Part shown: positions 28,936 through 39,141 of the stretch, in pieces
How positions within the stretch are numbered: position 1 is the first letter of the stretch
Layout: every line of letters begins with the position of its first letter
DNA from: Patescibacteria group bacterium
GTDB lineage: Bacteria; Patescibacteriota; Microgenomatia; Levybacterales; UBA12049
Assembly (NCBI GenBank): GCA_035946335.1
Contig: DASYZL010000001.1
Location: 1-62,051 of the forward strand
Direction of reading: 5' to 3'
DNA: 62,051 bases
Made by a program: the position numbers and the translations under genes
The notes under the pieces: generated by a model
What the model was told of the DNA's origin: nothing
Seen by the model: the letters and a program-made list of their open reading frames with translations, nothing else
The model's database searches: none

Positions 28936-30630
28936 CTATAGCTTGTCTCCAACAATGAACACTAAATCACCATTATGATTATAAATCTTTTTCAACACTC
29001 TGACATTCGATTTCTGATGCTCATATTCACTTGGCGAAAGCGCAATGAGTACATTATGAACCCCTCCCGCCATTTTCTTGAGATCAATATAATCAAGTTC
29101 GTGTTCTCCAGCTCCCCAGCTTGTTCCTCCAAATAGGTATTTTCCAAATCCATACCAGTGCCCGTTTTTTTGGTATTGCGAGGGGTCATATTTGCTATAA
29201 TAAAGTACATACATATATGGCTTCCAGTAATGACCCGAAATAATAATTTTTCCATACTTATTTTGTACTGGGAATACATATTGTAACAATTCTTTGTACC
29301 CATCAGCAAAATCAGCACTCGTCCCCCTTGCAGAAGGACCGTAATATAAGTAGAGGTATTTGGAAAAAAATCCGATAACAATACATAATAAACACATTAC
29401 AAAGATAATCCGCCATTTCCCTTGTAGCAAAAAGAAAATCCATGCTACCCCAAGTCCAGTAATTAGTTGCGGTATCGGTAGTACATTGAGGATTCGAAGC
29501 GCATGGGGATTTGGCACAGAGATTGCAGCAGGAATTGGTGCGAGCAGCATCCATGAAAGAACAACCCATTTTGCTTTTTTCGGCAATTTCCAAAACACGA
29601 CATATAACCCAACAAGGACGAATGGAAATTCCCAGAGATAGAGCATGCCCATTCCGCTTGTTGACTGACGGCCTTGCGGATCACCCTTCGTAAAGAGAAA
29701 ATCCCAACTGAAATTTGCAAAATACCCTTGTACAATCATTTCCGCATAAATAACTCGTCTGTTGTCAATAATTTTATTCATAAAAGTGGGGTGTTTTTCG
29801 AGATCTACTGATGCTGAATAAACTGCTTGTTGGGCATTATCAAAAACACTTACCTGATTAGCTCGAATGCTTCCCTGGGGTGTGGCAAGCGCTTTGTACA
29901 TTGGAAACGAAACGATAAGGAAGAAGAGTACTGCAAGAAAAACAGTTTTTTTCTTCTGTAATAATTCCTTGTGAAAGATAATAAGTAGAGCAATAAGTAT
30001 AAGTGGCGCAAAAACGACAATGCTTCGGTAAAAATAAACACTTACCGCAAAGAGAAACATTGAGAAAAAAAGAAGTGTTATTTTCTTTTTACGTAAAGCG
30101 ACAAGAAATATTATTATGCCACCAATAACAAATGGTGTTCCAATATTTGCTTCAAATTCAGTTCTTGAATACTGAATAGCCCATGGTGCTATTGCAAGAA
30201 AAAATACAATGAGTAAACTGATAGGAGTTCGGTATTTTTGCAGTATACCTGTACCTTTCTCTTCCAGAAGAAGCAATTCGTTCACAAGAAAAAAAGTAAG
30301 AACAACGTCACTGATTCCGGCAAATGCAGATGTAAATCGCGTTGCAAACTCATTTAAACCGAAAAGTGCTATCGGAATAACAGAAAGATAAATATTAGCA
30401 GGCATTTTATAATCGTCATATGATCTGAATAGGATTGGCATAAATGTTCCATACTCGTCACGTCCTGTTTTGAGAATCGAATAGGAATTATAAGAAAACG
30501 CTGCTTCATCCCAATAGATAGATACTGGTACTTCGGTGATCCGATAAAACCGCAGAAAGGCTGCCAGGAAAACAAGCAAAAACAGACAAAGCTGTACCCA
30601 ATATGTTTTTATAAAGACATTAATCTTCAT
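28936..30630 (-). CDS. GT39/PMT-like membrane glycosyltransferase, family A copy 7
   Basis: 'IYWDEAAFSYNSYSILKTGRDEYGTFMPILFRSYDDYKMPANIYLSVIPIALFGLNEFATRFTSAFAG'. Confidence 0.75.
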   Translation of the reverse strand: MKINVFIKTYWVQLCLFLLVFLAAFLRFYRITEVPVSIYWDEAAFSYNSYSILKTGRDEYGTFMPILFRSYDDYKMPANIYLSVIPIALFGLNEFATRFTSAFAGISDVVLTFFLVNELLLLEEKGTGILQKYRTPISLLIVFFLAIAPWAIQYSRTEFEANIGTPFVIGGIIIFLVALRKKKITLLFFSMFLFAVSVYFYRSIVVFAPLILIALLIIFHKELLQKKKTVFLAVLFFLIVSFPMYKALATPQGSIRANQVSVFDNAQQAVYSASVDLEKHPTFMNKIIDNRRVIYAEMIVQGYFANFSWDFLFTKGDPQGRQSTSGMGMLYLWEFPFVLVGLYVVFWKLPKKAKWVVLSWMLLAPIPAAISVPNPHALRILNVLPIPQLITGLGVAWIFFLLQGKWRIIFVMCLLCIVIGFFSKYLYLYYGPSARGTSADFADGYKELLQYVFPVQNKYGKIIISGHYWKPYMYVLYYSKYDPSQYQKNGHWYGFGKYLFGGTSWGAGEHELDYIDLKKMAGGVHNVLIALSPSEYEHQKSNVRVLKKIYNHNGDLVFIVGDKL

Positions 30631-32230
30631 GCAAAAGCGGGCTATTTAAGAGCATCGCAGGAGGGGTTGGGATTGGCTTGTTCTTATGGAATCTCCTCAT
30701 TTGCACAATATAGTCACCGAAGTGTTTTTCTTCAATGATATCGGATACTTTATCTTCGTCGTATGCAATTTTTATTGGGTAGATGTACGGAATACCTTCA
30801 TTTGGTTCAAAAATAAGGAAACGAATATCAGTTGCAAACGTTTTTTCTGGTAAATTGCCCAATTGCCCTGTCTGGCCTCTCCCGGCGAAGTAGGGAAGGT
30901 ATCCATATTGTGTCATTCCGTAATGCTGATAAAGGTATGCCCACGTTGTATTAATATAAAGAGGGTTTGTCATGGTGATAATAGAAAAGGGCTTGTTGTA
31001 TGCCTTTTGATAAGTATAGTTCACAATTGCTTTTTCTTCTGGTAACGTTGCCCCTTGCTGTACGGTGAAGATTACAAAATTATTTGTAAGATACGTTTGG
31101 GAAAGCTGTATCTGACAAAAGAAGAGAAAAATAATCCCCAGAAAGAAAATGAATTTGTTTTTTAAAAAAGTAATAAGCAAGTAAGCCGTCGCGATAACTC
31201 CAGAAGGGAAAAAAGCATAAAAAAGAAAGTAGCTTGTTGAAATTCCGCTGCTAAAAAATTGAAAAAGTAATAGACTTCCCAACCAGATGCCTACAAACAG
31301 GAGTGGTTTCTTGTCTTCTCCCTTCATTTTCCTTATGAGTGCACAAGTAAAAATTCCCAGAAGGAACAGGACAATAGTAGAGGAAAATGCAAATGTTGTT
31401 GTTGTAAAAAAGTCAGTTGAACGCTTCAGAAAATTCTCCAAGAGCAGTTGTAGGGTAACATGTCCATGATCTGTGTTATACAAAAAGGATACAGCTCCCT
31501 TAATCCCTTGAAAATGGAATTTTATTTCTGCAATAAAAAATGAACTGAGGAGGAGTAATAATCCGATAAGGAAAGCGGCACATTGTTTAATGGTAATATG
31601 AGTCTTAAAGATAAATAGAAAGAGCGGTAAGCAGATAAGTAACAACGCAAAGGCAAATTCCCCTTGTATAAAAATACCGAACAGTACCCCGCTCAGCAAT
31701 GCAGATAAGGCACGAGGTTTTTCTAAAAAATCCCAAAGAAAGAATAATAGCACTGGGACAGCGAGGAGACTGAGAATCGGGTTTGACAACCAGTGTGTTG
31801 ACATTTGAAAGAGTGGAGAAAGTATGTAGAGCAGGAACGCAACAATTGTTATCTTTGTCTGGGAAAATAATCTCTGTGTTAATAGTGCGAGAACTCCAGC
31901 ACTTACATATAGCAATATACTAAAAAATAGCGCTGCAAACTCTGGCTGATTGTAAAGCATATATGGCACAGCAAGAGCGTAGTACCATAACACACCGTGA
32001 AATACACCCGGAATATCAGTGGAAGGTCCAAGAATTTTTAAGTGATCGTCATGTAAGATACTGTTCGCTTCGAATGCATCGCGTGCTTGATCATAGGAGA
32101 AAAAAACATGATAGATGATACCTTGTGCAGTAATAAAAATTGCGCAAGCAAACCCAGCAATAAGAAGTAACTGCAAGAGCATTGGGATGCTTCTCCAAGA
32201 GTTCGTGATAGCCGTTACTGTTCTTTTCAT
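30620..32230 (-). CDS. polytopic membrane protein, GT-C-like, family B
   Basis: 'SYDQARDAFEANSILHDDHLKILGPSTDIPGVFHGVLWYYALAVPYMLYNQPEFAA' is the same motif as 13645 and 15940. Confidence 0.6.
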   Translation of the reverse strand: MKRTVTAITNSWRSIPMLLQLLLIAGFACAIFITAQGIIYHVFFSYDQARDAFEANSILHDDHLKILGPSTDIPGVFHGVLWYYALAVPYMLYNQPEFAALFFSILLYVSAGVLALLTQRLFSQTKITIVAFLLYILSPLFQMSTHWLSNPILSLLAVPVLLFFLWDFLEKPRALSALLSGVLFGIFIQGEFAFALLLICLPLFLFIFKTHITIKQCAAFLIGLLLLLSSFFIAEIKFHFQGIKGAVSFLYNTDHGHVTLQLLLENFLKRSTDFFTTTTFAFSSTIVLFLLGIFTCALIRKMKGEDKKPLLFVGIWLGSLLLFQFFSSGISTSYFLFYAFFPSGVIATAYLLITFLKNKFIFFLGIIFLFFCQIQLSQTYLTNNFVIFTVQQGATLPEEKAIVNYTYQKAYNKPFSIITMTNPLYINTTWAYLYQHYGMTQYGYLPYFAGRGQTGQLGNLPEKTFATDIRFLIFEPNEGIPYIYPIKIAYDEDKVSDIIEEKHFGDYIVQMRRFHKNKPIPTPPAMLLNSPLLHED

Positions 32231-32231
32231 G

Positions 32232-32954
32232 TTAATCAGTAAAGCGATACTTCAATAGTGTCCAGAGAGCAATCGGTCCATCCTTCATCGCAACAAGCTT
32301 TTTCCCTTCTTCATAGTTTCGGGGTACTGTTTCGATAGGAAGCTCTATAACACGAAGATGTAATTTAAGCAACTTAGCTGTTATTTCTGGTTCAAATGCA
32401 AATCCTTTTGCATGAATTGCCAGATGCTGTAATGCGTTACGGGGAAATAACTTATAACAAGTCTCCATATCAGTAATCCACGTCCCATATAGTACACTCG
32501 TCACTAAACTTAAAAATCTGTTACCGATATAGTGGAGAAGAAATTGGAGATTTTTTTCTTCTTTTGTAAAATGAGGAAGCCTTTTCAAGCGTGTTCCATA
32601 AACAATGTCTGCTTTTTTGAGTAAAATTGGTTGTACTAACTCTTTTAAGAACTTTGGGTCATATTCGAGATCTGCATCTTGAATAACAATGTAATCTCCT
32701 GTTGCTTTTCTAATACCAGTTATTACCGTTGCACCTTTCCCGGCATTTTTTTTATGTTGTGTGAATGAAATATTTTTCAATTTTTCTTTTTTGAGAAAGC
32801 TTGTTACTTTTTCAGCAGTCTTATCTATCGACCCATCATTAATAATGATTATTTCCTTTGTGATACCAGGGATAGTAACTGCAATAACTTTCTGCAGTAC
32901 TTCAAGTATAGTCTTCTCCTCATTAAAGACCGGGATAATAATTGATAATTTCAT
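32232..32954 (-). CDS. GT2 glycosyltransferase, polyprenyl-phosphate sugar synthase-like (DPM1/GtrB-like)
   Basis: 'LSIIIPVFNEEKTILEVL...IIIINDGSIDKT...NAGKGATVITGIRKATGDYIVIQDADLEYDP...FAFEPEITAKLLK'. Confidence 0.75.
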   Translation of the reverse strand: MKLSIIIPVFNEEKTILEVLQKVIAVTIPGITKEIIIINDGSIDKTAEKVTSFLKKEKLKNISFTQHKKNAGKGATVITGIRKATGDYIVIQDADLEYDPKFLKELVQPILLKKADIVYGTRLKRLPHFTKEEKNLQFLLHYIGNRFLSLVTSVLYGTWITDMETCYKLFPRNALQHLAIHAKGFAFEPEITAKLLKLHLRVIELPIETVPRNYEEGKKLVAMKDGPIALWTLLKYRFTD

Positions 32955-34864
32955 AGCTTAAAAAGCATTTCCTGCCCTCTCGTTCCAAGTAGCATACCCG
33001 GAAAACAATGTGACTGCTGCAACAGTAATGCATAATGAACATTCGGATCACCGATAAGTTTGTTCAGCTCAGTCCCAGTTAACGAACAATTATGGAGTAA
33101 CATATTGATATTTCCCATATTCGCTAGTCTTTTCCGCCTGATAGATGCTGTAGCATTATTGTCAAGACTTGGTGTCTCATAATATATTTGTCTCCCGGTT
33201 AGGGCTGAAAATACAGGAAATGAATTTCCTGATTGATCCAGCACTATTATAGCATCAGTTACAGGGATTTCACGTTGAATAACTTCACTCATAGCAAGTG
33301 TCTGAAGAGGAACAATAAAGGGTTGAGAAGCAAAAAATGATCTAAAAAATACAAAAAGATCTGGAACAATTACGATAAAAATGAGTGATACAAGAAGGAT
33401 TTGACTAACAACCTGTTTCTTTACATAGATTGATCCAATGACAAACCCTGTTGGAATCAAAAGGAAAATATATGTTAGCCAAATAAACTGGAAAACGTTA
33501 AAAACACCGCTTATTTGGACAAAAAATGTCGGTAGTAATAATCCGACAAGGATAACAATAAGCCAGAACACATGTACATAGTTTTGATAAAATGATTTTC
33601 GAAATAGATTCTGTATACGCAAAAGGGATAGAAAGCGGATATTAAGCGACGGGACAAAATACCAGAAAACCGCAACCAGGTATAGAAATGCGATGTGCAG
33701 CTGGTTATTATGCGCTGCGAAAACCTGGTATTTCAACCCCCATGCATATGAAGAGAGTGCAAGGGAACCTTCAATAAAATGACGGTACAAGAGAAATGGC
33801 GCGAATAACAATCCACCTGCTCCATAATTTATGGGAAGATAGAGAAAAGCACCTAGAAGAAATCCGAATAAACACATAAACAGAAATCGTGTATTTCTCT
33901 CACGGAGAAACGAAATTCCTGAAACAACGAAGACAGCCACATATACCATGACAGCTGCGTAGATTTTTGTTGATGGTAATACTCCGAGAAGCAGAATAGG
34001 AAATAGCATTTCTTTTTTTGTTTTTACTGAAAAAAACGTAGGAACAAGCAAGAACACAAAACATGTACCAAAAAGTACAGTCGGATCAAAAATATGCGAA
34101 TATCCCTGTATAATACCAGGATTATAATTAAGAAATTCCCTATCAAGCAGAAATGAAGTTATTGCGGTTAACCCCTGTCCAAAATAGAGAAGAATAAGAA
34201 ATATCAATATCCCCGCCTTTGACATTTTCATGTATTTTGCCGTTGCCAGTGCGGAAAATCCAAAGAAAAGCATTAGAAAGACTGGGAAGAAACGGAAAAA
34301 TAAGTCGTAGACAGAAAAAACAGGAAAAAGGTTAAAAAAATTCGCAATGAGGAAATCGTAGAGAAAATGATATCCGTGGAACGGCACATCACTCAGATAA
34401 GGTGTTTTTGGTGGAAATTGAGCGATAAACTGACGGATTAGACTCACATGGAAAAATCCGTCAATGGCATTTGCTCCATAGAGCTGCATTCCCCGCTTTG
34501 TGATAATGCCACTCGTTATAGTAAACAAAACAGCAGCAAATGAACCGATAAGGATAACAAAGACATTCTTATCCCAGGTGATTTTTTGTTTCGTCAGCAA
34601 ACGAGACACTTCTTGTATCAGGCAAAATAAAAGAAAAAAATAGTAGAGAAAAGTCACATGTATCCACGATAATATATACACTGTAACAAGAAAAAAACTG
34701 ATACCTAATCCAAATGCACATATCTCTCTTATTAAACCATCGAATTGCTTATCATATAATAAATCGAATAGATATCTCCCGGGAATGTAGATTGCGACCA
34801 AAAAAAACAAAATGAATAAAAGTACTGAGATAACTATCATATTAGGAAGCGAGAATGACATCAT
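32951..34864 (-). CDS. large polytopic membrane protein of unknown family (possible GT-C or polymerase)
   Basis: 637 aa and hydrophobic almost throughout (more than 12 helices by eye), with a short C-terminal soluble tail. I recognise no motif. The start could be the internal Met at 34840. Confidence 0.35.
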   Translation of the reverse strand: MMSFSLPNMIVISVLLFILFFLVAIYIPGRYLFDLLYDKQFDGLIREICAFGLGISFFLVTVYILSWIHVTFLYYFFLLFCLIQEVSRLLTKQKITWDKNVFVILIGSFAAVLFTITSGIITKRGMQLYGANAIDGFFHVSLIRQFIAQFPPKTPYLSDVPFHGYHFLYDFLIANFFNLFPVFSVYDLFFRFFPVFLMLFFGFSALATAKYMKMSKAGILIFLILLYFGQGLTAITSFLLDREFLNYNPGIIQGYSHIFDPTVLFGTCFVFLLVPTFFSVKTKKEMLFPILLLGVLPSTKIYAAVMVYVAVFVVSGISFLRERNTRFLFMCLFGFLLGAFLYLPINYGAGGLLFAPFLLYRHFIEGSLALSSYAWGLKYQVFAAHNNQLHIAFLYLVAVFWYFVPSLNIRFLSLLRIQNLFRKSFYQNYVHVFWLIVILVGLLLPTFFVQISGVFNVFQFIWLTYIFLLIPTGFVIGSIYVKKQVVSQILLVSLIFIVIVPDLFVFFRSFFASQPFIVPLQTLAMSEVIQREIPVTDAIIVLDQSGNSFPVFSALTGRQIYYETPSLDNNATASIRRKRLANMGNINMLLHNCSLTGTELNKLIGDPNVHYALLLQQSHCFPGMLLGTRGQEMLFKL

Positions 34865-35789
34865 CGTCTTTTTTACAGAAAAGTTTTTTATTTTTCCTTC
34901 GTACTTTCAATGCCTGTGGCAATAACTGGACTGCTTGAAAAAATCCACTGAGCAACTCCCAATTTTTTCCTTTTAATGAAGTGAGCAAATGATACGGAAG
35001 CCATAGTATGTGCTCAGTTATCAAATGAGTATCTGTTGCGTTTACCCAAACAAATAAAAATTGATTGCGATACGCAAGTTTCTGGATCCTTGTGGCAGTA
35101 TAATTCTTCTTGATTGCACCTCCCTCGTGTTCGTGGGTAACAATACTCTCCTTTTCAAATAGTGTTTTATACCCTGCTTTTCTTGCCCTGTAGGATACAT
35201 CAACATCTTCCCAGTAGAAGGGATTATAGATATTGCAAAGACCATGCAACGTATCCCAGATAGATTTACGGAATGCACCGCTTCCGCAACTCACCCATAG
35301 TGTATCTTCTTTATCAAGATCTCCTGCAGCATGTACCAGAAATCCCCGTTTCCATTGTCCTATTCCCCTTCCTCGTAGAATTGTTTTCCCGTCTTCAATA
35401 CTTTCATCCAAACAGCCAACGCCAAACACATCCTTTTCTTCAAAGTGCTTGAGAAGCGGTTCAAGAAATCCTTTCTTGGGAATTACATCGGTATTTAAAA
35501 GGAGCAAAATATCTCCGCTTGCAAGACTAACTCCTCTATTCACATTTGCTGAAAAACCACCATTACGTCTATCTGTATTGGTAATCGTTTTTACTAGTAT
35601 ATTTTTCTCTTTGGAATGTTCAATGAAATCTTTTATAACTGCAACAGAATTATCAGATGAAGCATCATCTGGAATAATCATCTCTATTGTTCCTTTTCTG
35701 TAATCCTTTACCGCTTCAAGAACTTTCGGAAGATTTTTCTTTAATAGTCTTTCTCCATTATAATTAGGAATAATAATACTGATGTTCAT
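34842..35789 (-). CDS. GT2 glycosyltransferase
   Basis: 'ISIIIPNYNGERLLKKNL...IIPDDASSDNS...NGGFSANVNRGV...LLLNTDV...WEDVDVSYRARKAGY'. Confidence 0.8.
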   Translation of the reverse strand: MNISIIIPNYNGERLLKKNLPKVLEAVKDYRKGTIEMIIPDDASSDNSVAVIKDFIEHSKEKNILVKTITNTDRRNGGFSANVNRGVSLASGDILLLLNTDVIPKKGFLEPLLKHFEEKDVFGVGCLDESIEDGKTILRGRGIGQWKRGFLVHAAGDLDKEDTLWVSCGSGAFRKSIWDTLHGLCNIYNPFYWEDVDVSYRARKAGYKTLFEKESIVTHEHEGGAIKKNYTATRIQKLAYRNQFLFVWVNATDTHLITEHILWLPYHLLTSLKGKNWELLSGFFQAVQLLPQALKVRRKNKKLFCKKDDDVILAS

Positions 35790-35798
35790 AAATCAATC

Positions 35799-38063
35799 TT
35801 AAAGTAATCGGTCTGAAAATACTACTCTATGGACCCCTTTCGGCACATAAACACCCCTGAGCGCAAGATCTGTTTGAAGTATACTGGTTTTATTACCATC
35901 AATGGCAACCTGCCATGTTGGATAAAATGTATCAGTTAAAACAAGAAATCCATCAGCTGAGTTATTTGTATTGATAGTGATGCTATTTGGTGAGTAAGCA
36001 AGAATACGTACCGTTCCTTTTGTGGGGGAAAATGGAGGAATTGTATCTTGAACAAATGCAACATCATTTAATGAATATTGCATGTTAAAAATGTTTTCTA
36101 TTGTTTCCTGATCTGAATGTGTTTGAATAACTTTATTGACAAAAAAGGCGCGTGGCAACACATTTTTATTTTCAAAAATTCTCGTCTGTCCTTCCTGGAA
36201 AACTTTTGTTAATGCAGGGTTTTTTTCTTCATGCAATGACAAAACATATTTCACTCCCAATAAATCCATGATGCGGCTATTGTATGAATGAGGTGTAATA
36301 ATCCTATTAAAACCAAATGGCTCATTAATATCCGGCTTTCCTCTTTCAGATGCAACAACCAATTCTCCGTATCGCAATAAATATAACGGGTCATATCCGT
36401 CAACGCTTTGCAAATGGTAATAGGATGAAACATTTGGTGGAAATATTTGTGAATCAGTTGTCATGTAACGGTAGTTGCCTAGATTATTTTGTAAAAAGGA
36501 AATTGTTTGCGTTTGAGGAAAAAGATATTGAGCAGGAGTAAACGGGATAAATTTTTCAGCAAAGCGCACAATATCAAAAACAAACAGAATTGTCAAACAA
36601 AAGAGGAGTGCGTATTGTACATTCTTTTTTTGTTGCGTCAGGAGAAAAAACATTACAAGTACTGCAAAAGCAACGAATGTAACAGATGGAAAAATAAGAT
36701 TTTGTTTGGCAATTTGTAAATCCATAAGGGGAATGGCAAAGGTAACACCTTCCTTCAAAACAAAGACCCACAATCCTCCGAAAAGAAGCGCAAAAAATCC
36801 GATAATAATAAGTATTTTTTTGTCCTGTTTTTTCAAGAAATAATCAGCTCCCACTGCCGCAAGTATTGCAAGGGAAAAATCCGTTACATATAGAAGCCGG
36901 GTTGGCTGCGAAGTTGAAAGAAAAGGAATTTTTAATAGAAACGGAATTACTGCAACAGGTGTTGGGAGAGCAAAAAGAAGTGAAAGAAAGAAAAGAACAC
37001 TGAAAAAAAATGTTTTTTTGTCATGGCGGAAGAACAAAGCATACATGGCAAATAAAAGAGGGATAATGCCAATATATCCAACGAACTCGGCGTAATTCCA
37101 AATTCCCCAGTAATTCAATGTTGCTGGATTGCCAAAAAAGTCAGGCGCAACAAATTGCACGAGGTGCTGCCATGGAAGAAACCATCCTTGTGTTGTAAAC
37201 GGATTTTGATCAACACTCCGGGCAGAAAATTGGATGAATTGTAACGTTGGTAACCATTGTGCAGCTGTTACGACAAGAATTGCAATGCCTACTAAAAGAA
37301 ACGGGATATATATCCTGAATATCGATAAAATGACTGAAGACTTTTTTTCTTTTTTTGCTTTTTGAGAAATTCTAACGAATAAATATAGGTTACTGATACA
37401 CAAACTATAAAACAACACTTGTATATGGCCACCTAAGAACTCACAGACTTCAGCAAAGAAAAAAATGAATCCCCACCCAATCGTCCATTTTCGTAACAAT
37501 TTATCTTTGGCAAGCAGGATGAGCGGGAGCCAGATGACGACTTGTAACACCGTATTCCACTCGAGCCATGCAACAAAAAATCCGGAAAAACAAAATGCAA
37601 GAGCTCCCAAAACTCCCGCACGCCAATCTAATCTTAAAGATTGTAAATAGAAAAATAAAAAAATGGCACCTAAGAACGGCTGCAATATGATAAGCAGACT
37701 CCAAGCAAAGTGGAAGGGCAAAAGGAAGAAAAAAATATTAAGAGGATAGAAAGGAGCTGATTGAAAATTTGCAAGTAGCGGATACCCGGCAAAGCTGTAA
37801 GGATTCCATAAGGGAAGCTGTCCAAGTTTTTCCATAGCAATCACAATGAATCGCCAAGGATATTGTTGCCTGATTGGATCGGTAATCAAATAGTTCTTAT
37901 AAGGAATTCCATTGGGATTTGTTTTTGCATACAAATCACGAAATGGGTGATACAGTCCGATAAGATCATCCGAAGGAATTGGCAAGAAACCAGACAGGAG
38001 AAACTGCCGAAAAAAAATAAGAATGATAAGGAAAATAAAAAGAACCGGGAAAATTTTTTTCAT
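35799..38063 (-). CDS. YfhO-like polytopic membrane protein (GT-C candidate)
   Basis: About 750 aa. 'SDDLIGLYHPFRDLYAK...ITDPIRQQYPWRF' and the C-terminal 'LVLTDTFYPTWQVAIDGNKT...VYVPKGVHRVVF' resemble the YfhO family layout. The start is moved to Met30 (MKKIFPVLF), giving an ATGA overlap with the upstream stop. Confidence 0.6.
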   Translation of the reverse strand: MKKIFPVLFIFLIILIFFRQFLLSGFLPIPSDDLIGLYHPFRDLYAKTNPNGIPYKNYLITDPIRQQYPWRFIVIAMEKLGQLPLWNPYSFAGYPLLANFQSAPFYPLNIFFFLLPFHFAWSLLIILQPFLGAIFLFFYLQSLRLDWRAGVLGALAFCFSGFFVAWLEWNTVLQVVIWLPLILLAKDKLLRKWTIGWGFIFFFAEVCEFLGGHIQVLFYSLCISNLYLFVRISQKAKKEKKSSVILSIFRIYIPFLLVGIAILVVTAAQWLPTLQFIQFSARSVDQNPFTTQGWFLPWQHLVQFVAPDFFGNPATLNYWGIWNYAEFVGYIGIIPLLFAMYALFFRHDKKTFFFSVLFFLSLLFALPTPVAVIPFLLKIPFLSTSQPTRLLYVTDFSLAILAAVGADYFLKKQDKKILIIIGFFALLFGGLWVFVLKEGVTFAIPLMDLQIAKQNLIFPSVTFVAFAVLVMFFLLTQQKKNVQYALLFCLTILFVFDIVRFAEKFIPFTPAQYLFPQTQTISFLQNNLGNYRYMTTDSQIFPPNVSSYYHLQSVDGYDPLYLLRYGELVVASERGKPDINEPFGFNRIITPHSYNSRIMDLLGVKYVLSLHEEKNPALTKVFQEGQTRIFENKNVLPRAFFVNKVIQTHSDQETIENIFNMQYSLNDVAFVQDTIPPFSPTKGTVRILAYSPNSITINTNNSADGFLVLTDTFYPTWQVAIDGNKTSILQTDLALRGVYVPKGVHRVVFSDRLL

Positions 38064-39133
38064 TGTATAAGCTTTTGAACCGATTCGCAGAATTGCTTTT
38101 CTGAAAAATCTGCTGCACGTTTTTTTGCGTTTTTTGAAAAAGATTCCCATAGTTTTTTATCTTCTATCAGTTTTTCTGTTTTTTCTTGTAACTCATCAAG
38201 GGTTGTCCACAACAATCCATTTTTTCCGTCTTGGACAATCTCTGTTTGGCCTCCGGCATGAATAACAACTGGCACGCATCCTGCTCCCATTGCTTCAACT
38301 GTTGCTATACCGAAGTGCTCAGCATATTCCGGATGTTTTTCAAGATCTTCCCCATACCCGCTTGCGTGCCAGTAAATTTTCGCTCTGGAGTAGATATCCC
38401 ATAATTCCTCATTTGTCTGGTTTATGAGAAACCGTATCGGATACCCTTTTGCACTCATCTGCATTGTTGCGAATGCTTCCTTATCGCGTTCTTTGATACT
38501 TACTGCCAAAACAAAATTCCACCCCTTTAATCCGTTATCAACCATATGTTTAAACGCATCAATCATGATATCCTGTTTCTTGTAATTGCCTCCATATATT
38601 GAAACATTTGCTACACGAAATCTTCCAACATGCAAAATGATATTTTCTTTTTTGATTTGCCTTGGATGTAACGCTACCGGTGGATATAAAACTGTTGTTT
38701 GTAAATGAAATTGTTTATCGATAAATGATTTTGTGTACTGGGAATTGCAGAAAAACTTGTAAATCCTTGCAACTTTTAGTTTATCAACAAGAGTAACCGT
38801 CTGCATTGCTTCAAGAGGCTGCTGGATATGAAGAAGTACTTTTTTTGTTAGTAAAAGCGGAATACTTCCGTCACTTAATACAATAATGACATCGTACTGT
38901 TTACTTTGGAAAAACCGTTCCCAAAACGAAACATGAGGAGAAAATATATTCTTTACGAGTTTTAGTTGTGATATATCGACAGCAAAGCGTTCATGAATAT
39001 CGCGAAGATCCTGTGGATTATCCCAAAAAATTGAAACGCTATTGTTCTCTGCTAAACATGCAGCAATAGTCATCATGTATTTTTCTCCGCCACCCAAATC
39101 ATCAAGATACGGGTCATAAATGCCAATGTTCAT
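38060..39133 (-). CDS. GT-B fold glycosyltransferase (family 4-like)
   Basis: 'EHFGIATVEAMGAGCVPVVIHAGGQTEIV' E-x7-E motif. Confidence 0.75.
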   Translation of the reverse strand: MNIGIYDPYLDDLGGGEKYMMTIAACLAENNSVSIFWDNPQDLRDIHERFAVDISQLKLVKNIFSPHVSFWERFFQSKQYDVIIVLSDGSIPLLLTKKVLLHIQQPLEAMQTVTLVDKLKVARIYKFFCNSQYTKSFIDKQFHLQTTVLYPPVALHPRQIKKENIILHVGRFRVANVSIYGGNYKKQDIMIDAFKHMVDNGLKGWNFVLAVSIKERDKEAFATMQMSAKGYPIRFLINQTNEELWDIYSRAKIYWHASGYGEDLEKHPEYAEHFGIATVEAMGAGCVPVVIHAGGQTEIVQDGKNGLLWTTLDELQEKTEKLIEDKKLWESFSKNAKKRAADFSEKQFCESVQKLIQ

Positions 39134-39141
39134 ACAATCTA

